This document shows positions 7,722 through 19,700 of a stretch of 64,000 nucleotides of DNA, piece after piece (position 1 is the first letter of the stretch; each line of letters begins with the position of its first letter). The translations under genes and the position numbers were made by a program. The notes beneath the pieces are model-generated. The model was given only the letters and a program-made list of their open reading frames with translations. It was not told where the DNA came from and did not search any database. The stretch is from an uncultured bacterium (GTDB taxonomy: Bacteria; Patescibacteriota; Minisyncoccia; Moranbacterales; UBA2206). Location of the stretch: contig CAIZXS010000012.1 in assembly GCA_903937035.1 (NCBI GenBank), forward strand, positions 18,314 through 82,313, read 5' to 3'.

Positions 7722-10700
7722 TTGCGGATGAGAAAAATAAAAAAAACAAGAAAAATAGCTCTTAGGTTGAGAAGAATATTTTTCAAAATCAGGCAATTTA
7801 AGCTCAGACTTTTTTGGGTTGTTTTTTCGGCGGGCGCGAAGAGTTTGCCAGGGCGTTTTTGTGCGGGAATGAAAAAAATTCCCGGGACGATGGCAAATTT
7901 ACCAAGAAATATAAGAAATTTAAAATGGGTAAATATTAAGACTTTTTCTCGCAGAAATTATCCCTTGCTCTTGGCGATTGTGTTTTTGACCCCGGCTTTT
8001 ATTTTACTTTTCCTTTTTGTTAATTCTCGCATTCACAAGCAAACGACTCAAGCGGCGCCGTTTACAGGCGCAGTGAGAGTTTCCAAAGAGAACACCACTC
8101 TTTCGACCGCGGGAGGATGGCTCAAATCAATGGCTTTCTCCGGAGATGGAATCAATGGGGATGGTGATTATTTTCAGCCCATCCATCCTGGAGCCAGAGC
8201 GACCACTGAAGGCGCAGCAGGAACGTTGGCCGTGGGAGAGGTGGTGATGCCAACGATCACAGCTAATGCTTATGATGCGGCTGGGGCGGTGTTTATTCCT
8301 TGGAAGCCAAATACTAATGGAAATTTTTATGGCGTGACCTTGGCAGTGGCGAATCTCAATACTACTGCGGCTAACTTAAATGTAGTGGTGGAACTTTTGC
8401 GTTTTCCAACAGCATCCTATACTGGCACCCCTCCGACTGTTGTCTGGTCTAACTACGTTGCTTGCTCGGCAGTGAATACTTGTGTTTATGCCGCCGATAC
8501 AGTGATTGAAAGAACACAAGTGATGCGTTTTGATCAAAGCATATCCGGCGAAGCGGCCTATCCGGGGCAATACGGAATCCACTATATGGACTTTCGTTTT
8601 GATCCTTTAGCGGTCACGACAACTACGCATTATGGTTTTCGAGTTTATTATAACTCTTTAACGACAGCATCTACTTGGCCCAGGAACGGAGCGTCAAAAC
8701 CAACAGTAAATGCTGCGAATTTTGGTTTAGGAATTACTGATGTGGACACAGCCAACGCCTTGACAGTAACAGTTCCTTTGGCCAATACGACCCAATCGAG
8801 CTATGCAGTGGCAATCAATTCTGCCCCGGCTGTCGGTCAAGCCGCGGCTGCGCGTACTCAAAATGAGCATTGGAGTGGCACTTATTCTGACTCAAGTGGT
8901 AACTGGACGATTGCCGGTTCTGTTTCCGGGGTGCAAACAGCAAAATTGACTTCATCTACCGATGGAGGAACTGGGGTGGCGTGGGTTAATGATGGCGTGA
9001 CAAAGACAACATTGTCAGCTGACGCGACTGCCACTACAAAACTTTGCGTCAGTTCCATTGCTGGTTTTGCAGTCAATCAATATATTGACATCTGGGATGC
9101 GGACACAACTTCAATTCAAAGAATTATTGCTTCCGTGAGTTCTGCTGATGTCGGCTGTTCCAATGGTCCGTCAATTAATGTTACTGCAACTTTGGCAGCG
9201 ACCGATAAATTTACCCTTTCCAAAAATGCGACTGTGGCGCGAGCAATATGGAAATTGAGAATTATCCAAGGAGCGGAAGAAGCCTTCACGGAAAATATGC
9301 CGACAACGACAAAACTTTGCGTGGCCGATGCTTCACGCTTTTCTGTCGAGGCAACTGCCGGATCAAGCAATATTAACATTTGGGACGATAACTCGATCAT
9401 CGCCGCCAGAAGAATCACCACAATTTCATTTGCCGATGCTTCTTGCGCGAGTTTGAATAGTATCACGATTGACACCGCTATTACGGCCGGAACATATACA
9501 ATTGATAAAAACGCCAGAGTGGCGGAAATATCCGCTAATTTTTCTAACAATGGAACCCCGACTGATGGAAATATTTTTCGCTTCACGACTCTTAATATGG
9601 GACAAAATCCCGCCAAAATTGGAAATGGAAACAGTTTTGTTTTGCTGTATGGAAAAACCGCTGCTCCGGCCACTAGTGCGGTTAATTATCCCTGGATTGC
9701 TAACCAGCGGCATGCTTTTTTTGTGGCCTATGGTGATGCGGATACGACGGCGCCAGCTGATGGTGATATGGCGATTATCGGCGGTGGTGCGGCTGATCCT
9801 GACTCAGGTGATTCAGTCAATCTTTCCAATGATTTGGTTTTGGGAAATATTTCTCCACATACGGTTATGGTGGATAAAAATTTCGACATGCCAATGGCCT
9901 ATACAGGAGCGACCGGGGGAGGCGTGGGAAGTGGATTGACTACGCCAGCCACCGCTTCCTATGGTGGATCCGGTTTTGTTTCGATGCTAATCTCGACCAG
10001 GGCCAAGCTGGCTGTTTCCGATGCTATCAATCAGCGCTATCGACTTACTGCACCAGGAAGGATATTGCTATCTTCCGGTGCGTCTTTAGAATTGGGTTCG
10101 TCCGTCGATCCTTTGCTAAAAACAACAACAGTAGACTTATATCAGGATTCTGTCGGTCCATTAGTATCAACTGTGTTAACTTCTGACTCAACAACCAACA
10201 CCTATATTGACATGGCTTCCACTGCCGGGTTCTATATTGGAGATGTAGTAATGATTAAAGATAACAACAGTGTTCCGACAACAAGAATCATTGCGGCAGT
10301 CACTTCTTCCACTCGATTGACTTTCACGGCGGCGATGGTGGCCGGATACACCGTTGCTCAAGGTGCGACGGTTTCTCGCGGACCAAACACTGATGTGCCA
10401 ACCGGAGCAGACAGAAGAAGTTTCATCTATAGTGCCAGGGCTCAAGCAGCTCGAGTGAATATGTACTCTCAAGGGGCAGATGATTATCGGACGCCGCGGG
10501 CTGACTTAGCAGTGGATATCGATGGGAACATTGATACGGGCTATCTTGGAGCGCAACAAACGGCAGCCGGGAATGTTTGGATGGACGCCGCGGGGAGTTT
10601 GGCAGGCGATTGGTCGGCACTTGATCCACTTTCCGTCGCGCAAGGAAATTCCTATGCGGTCAATGATAATGATTCATCAATCGGCATGGGAGCCAATGAT

Positions 10701-13700
10701 GACGCTAGTGTTTTTCCGACTTGGACGGGAGTAGGAAGTCTTGGGACTAATGCTGATGCCGTCTACAATCCGGAGCAAAGTGAAATTGGAACGATTCCGC
10801 TGACCGATATCTATAACTATGACAATACGGGAGGTGTCTTTTCAGTGAACTACCAATCCGCATCTTCGTGGACAATTTTTGGTGATGGAGCAAATACGGA
10901 AAATAACGATGCGGTCTATTTCGGTGATCAGGGAAACACGCCAATCTATGCCTTGGAGTTTAATATTGGAACGGCTATTGGCGCGACTGCTAGTCGAATT
11001 TGGGAATATTGGAATGGATCGGCTTGGACTGAATTTGTTCCAAAATTTGGTTGGAAATATGTCCCGCGCGGAACGAATAATTATGGAGTGGGGGAATATT
11101 GTATCCCGTTTAATGCTGATCCGATATATCCCACAGCCACTGTTCAAATGACGGACACAAACACGCTTTTTGCTCCAGGGCAATACGTGAAAATTAAAGA
11201 CAATGATTCGGCGACCATAATTAGGCGCATTTCCACGGTGACAGCCGGAGCTCCGGCCAATGTAGTTTTCACTGAAATTATTCCGAGTGGCTACACAATT
11301 GCTCAGTCGGCCAAAGTTTGCATTTCAAACGGCGGTCAATGGCTGCCGATGGCGGCAAGTGATTTATTTTCTCAAACCGGGCGTACGATGATTTCTTGGA
11401 ATGCTTGGGATATGCCAAGCGCGGCAAAAACGACAGTCAACAGCACGAATGCTTATTGGGTGAGAAATCGTATTTCTGATTTCACATCTTGGACAACCGC
11501 GCCAATAAATCAGACAACTTCAGTCAGCATGCAAGGAGTGGAAAATGTGAACTCAGAAAATCTGACTGTTTCCAGTTCGGTTAGCGAAGCGAAGATAAGT
11601 CAGCTTTCCAACGGAGTTTCTTTTGATCCCAATGAAACCTGGACCCTTCGATATGATGATAATTCTACAGCTGTTTCAACTCTAAAAACTACTCGCTGGT
11701 ATGAATCGCAACTTGCTTCCTGGGGAACGGCGCATCGTTGGCTCAGTCCCAATCCGGATGGGGAAACTTCTGCTTACTATGAAAAAAATTCACAGGAAGC
11801 CAACTGGCATAGTCTCAACGGTGATTTTTCTTGGACTGATCAAAGTGTCTACGCTAAAGTCTATATGAATCAGCCAGTAGACGCGACAGTGGGAAGGCGC
11901 GTGGGAATATTTTTGCGTCAAGATGGTGATGATTATGGCTATGCTGCTTACATAACTAAATCAACCACCGTTTCTACCTTGGGTTGGTATTCAACTGCGC
12001 TCGGAGCAGAAACGGCAATTGGTACGGCAACTAACATCACCTTTAATGCTAATCAGTGGTATTGTTTGCGCGCTGAAGCAAATGGCACAACTCTTCAGGC
12101 CAAATTTTGGTCACCAGTTTCAGAAGACGCCGATTGTAATGGTGATATCAATGAACCAGGGACTTGGACAGAATCAGAAATAAATCAAACCGCTTTTATT
12201 GCCGGACGATTCGGTTTGGCGGCGGACATAATGCTGGCGCGTTTTGATGATGTAACAGTGAAAAACACAGCTGGCACAGAAACCTGGTTTAATGATAATT
12301 TCAATGATACCGGTTGCTGGAAGGTAATTGGTTCCATTCATGGAAGTCAAGGATGTGCCTATAATTCAGTCCCATTCACTTCTAGCTATCTTAATTTTAC
12401 GCTAAAACATCGAGGGGGGGTGCAATCCGGAGAAACTGGAATCAACGCGATAATCGGCCCATTGAATGCTCCGGAAGAAGGCGATGAAATTTATCTTTCT
12501 CCCTTTGAGCGGGGATCAAGTATCGGACTTGATGAGGCCGTGGGCATCACCACTTCTGACGCAAAAACTAAATATGAAAATTGGGATTTTGTCTATAACT
12601 CAACTTCCGGAAAATATGATGTGACCGGTTCGCAATATGGAGCAGCTGGGACGGCTACACCCGGAGCGACCTATACCTCTCCGGATAGCGAGGTGACCTT
12701 GAGAATAAAAGCGGGAACACCGGTTGGGCCAAAGTTTGGCAATCGAGCAGCTTATTTTCAAAACAGTTTTCAAAGAGGGGTGGGAAATTTTACCGGACTC
12801 AATAATCAATCTTCGGCCATTATCATTCAACCAACCTGGGTAGTAGCTGGTTCAGCCACTGGGTATAATGTTGAAGGAATTGGCGGGGTAGCAACACAAA
12901 AAGGCACAATGGATTTTTGGTTTAAGCCGAATTTTTCCGGCAGTCCTGACTACATACAGTATCTGTTTGATTATGCTCCCAATGGAAATACGGATAGGAT
13001 TTTTGCGCGAATTATGCCCAATGGCGTAATTGAAACTGTGGTTGCCCCGACTTTTGGAGTTGGAGCGACAGGAAAATTGGTCAAATCTTTTTCTGCAACC
13101 GCTGGTCAATGGTATCATTTCCGTTTAGCCTGGGAAGATTCTGATGCTGGACAGCTTAATATTAAAAAGGCCTGGATTGATGGCGCGGCTTTTACGAGTG
13201 CCAGTCAAGGGACAGCCTTGGGAGCGAGAGCGGCTAATGCGGGTTATTTGCGGCTTGGTAATTCTTGGCAGTACAATGCCGGCTTTGATGGCGCGATGGA
13301 TGAGTTCGCTATTTTTGACGATGCTGTCGATACTTCTAGCAGTTGTGACTGGGCATCTTCAGTGGCATTTACTGTTCCCACTACTCCTTGGACCAATGGG
13401 CAAACGGCGGGATGTACCACTGGGGGCGGAGAAGTGAGAACGGGGAATATCATATTTTTGACTCATTTTGACAATGCTTTTGAAAAACAAAAAGGGACAA
13501 TGATGCCGGATTATTTTATTGGACATCCGGCGATGGTTTTCACTAATGGCGCGGAGACACTGACTGGAGACCGGCTTCGTGTGGTGACGTATCCCAAGAG
13601 AACCAGGATTTGGATGGACAATACCGGATCGCAATATACCCCCGCGGCCAGAATCAAATATTCCGAAGGCTATAATATTGGAACCGCTCCCGGAACGGAA

Positions 13701-16700
13701 ATTGGCTGGGGGACAACTTTTCAATATCATCATAGAGCTGCTTCCGATAGCACTAGTCAGCCGATAACTTCACCGATTCTCAACCTAAGAAAACAGATAA
13801 GAATTTGGTCAGACGAAGATGTGAATGTGGCCAATTCTACTGCGCCGATTAATCAGGGATATGGATCACTGCTGTATTGGCCGAAAGCCATTGATGTTAA
13901 TCATATGGAACTTTCCCAATTGTATTATGGTTTTTATCTCTCCGGGAATCCTTTTACGACCAGCTTGCCATACCCCACTCAATATATTCGAAAAAGTGCT
14001 TTTAATAATGTGCAATACTATAATATTTACACTCTTTCCAAAACATTAGGCACTCAGGTGATTGATGATAATAATTTTTCCGCCCAAAGTGCCAATTATT
14101 ATCCTTTTCGAGAAGATACTTCAGCCAACATCACTTTTTCCAATAACTATGTCACGGGTTATTCTTCCGGCTATTTTAACTATTTAAATGGAGGAAGAAT
14201 CTTTAATATTTCTGGAAATAAATTTCTCAATGCTTATTACCCAGTCAGTCTTTTGGCAGGAACGGCCAAGGTTACCATTGCTAATAATGAATTTTGGCGC
14301 TTTCGGCGAGGCATTACGCTTAATGGAAACTCATTCATTCCGATGTCGGGGAATTCCTTTGATGGCGGAACTTCCTCGGAAACCAGCAATGGCTATTACG
14401 GAACAGGCATCTATGTGGCGCCAAGCTCTAGTAATGTAGAGGTGACTGATTCCAATTCAACCTTTGGAAAATCAATTTGGAATGAAGCCGATGTTTCCTT
14501 AGTTCCTGATACCACCTCTTGGCTCGCTGGTTCACTCTTGCGCTATACCGGAGAAAATTCTTCTTTCAATAGTAACTTCCACTATCTAGGCAACTCTACG
14601 CAAGATAAATTCGGTGGTGAATATTTGGCTACCGCTATTCCGGGAGTGGATGTTCGCATGGGGACAGGAAAGGATATTGTTAATTATACTAACTATGGGC
14701 TGATGAGAACGACTGGCCCAAATCTTATCGACACGACAGTTAGAACGTCTGGCGGGTATGCCTGGAGAATGGAATCAACTTCCAAAACTGATGCCTTGGA
14801 ATATACGGCCAAGGTGGTGGGTGTGGCGGGAAAGCCCCTCGCTATCACGGGGTATATCAGGATGAATGCAAATTACGGCACAGCTAATTTGCCAACAGTG
14901 ACTGTTTCCGGGCTGGGGATGACAGGCGCAAATCTTTCGTGGACAGCGAGTGCTACCGCTGACAGTTGGCAACAGTTTGTTATTTCTGGTACCCCAACAG
15001 AATCAGCTCTTGCTACGGTAGCTTTGTCAGTCAAGTCTGAGCCAACTGTGGCCGATTCAGGAACAGCTGAAAATGTTGATGACGGGCAAGGAATAAATGT
15101 GCCGACTCTAATTGAAGATGCAGATAAGAATTGGACTTGGAATCAGTGGACAGGTTACAAAATGCGAGATGACCAGGGCTTCATTTTTGACATTATTGGT
15201 AATACCGCAACCAGATTATTACTAAAAGGTACGCGGATTCCTTTCAGCAACACCTTGCCTACTCAGCCGTATGGTGGAATTTATGAAATATATTCTCCGC
15301 CCTATGTGTATCTGGATGATATTTCCGTTCTTTCTGGGACAGTGGATACGGGAACACTGGATTTCTATTCTCAGGGACAGCCGGTTTCTCCTTGGCTCTC
15401 GACCGGCCTAACAGCGGAAAATATTTGGGGAGCTCAATATTCCACTTTTGCTGATATCACCGGATCATTTGGTCAGTTGCTCAATGATTCCCTTGTTGCA
15501 AAATATTCTCGTGTGTCAGATCTGTCTCCAACTTTGACTGAATTCGACACCGACCTGGATTCCGCGACTGATGATTTCTATAATAATGGAGTAATAATTT
15601 TCACTGAAGGATTAAATGAGGGTGTGATGAGAAGAATTTCTGATTATGCGGGAGCTTCAAAAACAATCACAGTTGATCCGGCTCTGCCACTTATTCCATC
15701 TGACAATAATCGGTTTGCGATTATTGCCGCGACAGCTTCGGCCAGTGGTTCCGGCGGTGGGGCGACTGCTGCTGAGATTTGGAGTTATGTCTCGAGAACT
15801 CTGACGGATGCAACTTTGAATTCCGGAAGCTTGGCTACTGCGGCTGATGTGGCGAATATCCGTGCGGACATTACCAGTGTCCTGACTGAGCTTGGCACAG
15901 GTAATATTTCTGCCATTAAAACTAAAACCGATAGCATTGATTGGTCAGATGTGACCGGATTAGTCACTACGGCGGGCGAAATAAAAGCTAAAACGGACTC
16001 GATCAATTGGTCTGACGTGACGGGAATTGTGACAACTGCCGGGCAAATTAAATCCAAAACTGATACGATCGATTGGGATGCCGTGACTGCCATTAAAACT
16101 AGCACTGATACAATTGCTTGGAGCGATGTAACCGGCATTATTACCAGTAGTGGTCTCATTCAAGCTAAAACTGATACGATTAACTGGAGTGATGTGACGG
16201 GCATTAAAACTGCGACGGATAATATTGATTGGTTGGATATTTCTGCCATCAAAACCAAAACCGATACAATCGCATGGAGTGATGTGACCGGTATTAAATT
16301 AAACACAGACACGATTTCCTGGGGTGACATTACTACAATTAAAGCCAATGTAGCGACCTTGATTGCGGAAATTGGCACTGGCAATATTTCTGCCATTAAA
16401 ACAAGAACTGACAGCATTAATTGGTCTGATGTCACCGGCATCATAACTTCTGCTGGCGAAATTAAAGCCAAAACAGATACAATCGATTGGGCAAATGTCA
16501 CAGGTATCAAAACTAAAACAGATACAATTGATTGGGATAATGTTACAGGCATCAAAACAAAAACCGATACAATAGCTTGGGGTGATATTGCTGTTATCCA
16601 GTCATCAATTGATGCGTTAAATGACATTTCTGCGGCTGACATTTGGACCTATGCCACGCGAACAATTACGGGTGATGTTGCGCTCACGGCTGATTCTCGA

Positions 16701-19700
16701 AAGGCGATTTGGGACACGGCTTGCACAATTCTCAACACTTCCGGAAGTATTGGAAAGCAGGTGTGTGAAAATCTGGACATTAAAGTTTCCGAAGCGGGGG
16801 GGGCAGGTGGTACTACGCTTACGGCGGCTGATGTTTGGAATTATACCACTAGAACGATAACTGGCCTGACTGATCCGGCACTTTCTGCTTTGGCCAGCAG
16901 TGTTTGGGATAATGCTACACGGACGCTTTCATCCTATGGTAATGATATAACTGCGCAGGAAGTTTGGGACACATTGACCTCAAGCCTCACGACAATTGAT
17001 TCAGTCGGAAAACTGCTTGTGACAAATGTTGATGAAACGATTTCTTCTCGCGCAACTCAGGCGAGCGTGGACGCAATGGCTTCTAATTTGGCGACGGTGC
17101 TTTCAGAAATCGGGACTGGCAATATTTCCGCGATAAAAACAAAAACGGACACAATCAATTGGAGCAATGTGACAGGACTTGTGACTACTGCTGGTGAAGT
17201 TAAGTTGAAGACTGACACAATCAACTGGAGCGATATTGGAGCGATCAAAACAAGCACTGACACGATTGATTGGGATGACATTACCACAATCAGGCTCAAA
17301 ACCAATACTATCGAGTGGGGCGATATTGCGGATATCAAATCCAATGTCGCGATCCTTATTTCGGAAATTGGAACGGGCAATATTTCCGCCATCAAAGCGG
17401 GAACGGACACAATTAGTTGGTCTGATATTACCGGACTCATAACCACAAGTGGAGCAATAAAATTGAAAACCGACACGATTGACTGGAACAAAGTTGATGC
17501 GATAAAAACTAAAACGGACACAATCAGTTGGGATGATGTTACAGGTATTAAATTGAAAACGGATACGATTAATTGGACAAACATTGATACGCTTAACTCG
17601 CGAGTGGATACCACCATTTCTTCGCGTGCCTCGCAGGCCAGTTTGGACGCGCATGAATCAGCCGATGCTACCTTTAGAACGAATACTACGGAAAGTCTGG
17701 GTGAAATTTCAACTGACGTGACCAATTTAGTTTTGAATGTGGGAGAGATCCGCACGAGTCTTTCAGCGATTGAAACTAAGATTGATACGATTGGAGCTAA
17801 TCTGAATTCAGTCGATGATAAAATTGACATCCTTGATACTAATGTGGATAGTATTAAAAATACTGCCGAAGACACGAATATTAAGGTTTCTGCTATCCAG
17901 ACAGTCGTGAACAATATTTTAAATAAGTGGGGCTCTTATTCCGCCGCTGATATTATTGGTTATGTTGACGCGCTGGAAGGTTATGTCGGGCAACCGGATG
18001 ATGATTCTTTGCAGGAAACATTATTTGGTCGCCTAAAAAAACTGGACGGATCAGCTGGTGGTGGCGGTACGCTTGATTTGGTCTATGCGCAAGTGCAAGC
18101 TACGCACAATAAACTGTTGTCCGTGGAGAGCGATCTTGGCTTTGAAGGTAAGACGACTAGTGCGTATGATGAGATTGCTGCGATTAAAAATTATGTGGAT
18201 ACGGTTGAAAGCGGGATAAATAATTTGGATAGTCGCACTTCCAGCATTGCCTCTTCTGTCTCAACTGTTTCAAATGACCTCAAAGATGTAACTGGTCAAA
18301 TCGGCAAGGTGGATGTTGGCTCTTTTGATTCCATATTTGAAGTGCAAAAAACTGACATTGAGTCTTTGAAAAACAAGGTATTGGAACTAAAAGCGCTGGC
18401 AGATATTAATCGACAACTGCTGGAACGCACCGTAGATGAGCCCACGGTCAAGGTGATGATGGAATGGGGCTCGGTGATTATTAAATTTATTATTGTTAAT
18501 CCGTCTGACTCGAAAGAACAAAAGGTGCCATTTAAGGCCTATCTTCCAAAGGAAGTCCGCCAGGAATACGTCATGGATCTGGGCGGTATGGAGCTTAATT
18601 ATGACACAACGACGGAACAGTATTATGTAACGGCGGATATTTTTCTGAAATCCGGTCAAGCAATTACTCGCGCAGTTGAGATTAAGGATATTTGGGTGTT
18701 TTCTGACGAAGAGATCGCGTCTATCAGAAAGCAAGCTGATGAGTTGAGTGCTGGACTAACGGACAACTCCTATAAAACTCAAGCCATTACACTTAAGACC
18801 GATATCAATACTCGTCTCGATAGGATTGTCAGGAAGCAAAAGGACAATAACGCTACTCCGCAAGATCATATTTTAGCCTATCGGGAAAATCAAGAAGAAA
18901 TGAAAGCGGTAACAGAAAACACTAAAGCGCTGAAAGATTTATTGCTTAACTCTGGTGTTGGCAAAAATTTTCTGGCTTCAATCGGTGGAATTCAAACTTT
19001 TGCCACCTGGGGGATTGTCTTGGCTTTGATTTTTGGTATGGGCGCTCTGGGATTTTTCTATTATGCTCTCTGGAGAAAAAAAATTATTAATGCTAATAAA
19101 CCCGATCCTAAGGAAGATGAGACTATCAAGACCGACAAAGAGTCTGATCAAGAATTAGAAACACAAATCATTGAGCTTCCGACGCCATCGCCGGCACGCC
19201 TAGTCGGGGTTTCTCTTTCTTGGCAAAAAAAGATTTTCACCGGCTTAGTTGTTTTAGCGAAAGACTTAGTGAGATTTATTGGATATATTTTGAAAAAAAT
19301 AATTTCTCTTTCGATAAAAATTTGGGTGACAGCTCTCATATTAGCGGTGCTGTTTGTAGGGGTTTCTACTCTTTGGCACTATCGAGAAAATGAAAAATTG
19401 AACGTGCAAAAAGAAAAACAATCGATTAGCTTGCCAGAAAACCAAGCAAAGGAAGATATTGAAAATTTAAATGAAAGGGGCAGAAAAGTAACTAAGATGG
19501 TAGATGAAATAAATAAAAAAGCAGAAGAAAAAACCAATACAAATCAAAAAATCGATGCTTTATTAGAAGATCAGGAGCCAGCGATGGATGAGTCAGGAAA
19601 GGCAGAAAAAGAAAATAAATTGGTGATAAAGAATACTCCAACTAATTTTCTCAATGTTCGCAAGGATTCATCAGTAGAGAGTGAGATTGTTGGCAAGGTT

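Noticed and set aside
15785-17914. Long minus-strand ORFs (124, 160, 285, 183 aa) across the tandem-repeat region
   Set aside because: Antisense to the giant gene's 45-bp repeats. The repeat simply lacks stop codons in those frames. Low-complexity V/S/I-rich translations.

The many other short overlapping ORFs in the six-frame track that lie inside well-supported long genes were likewise rejected.
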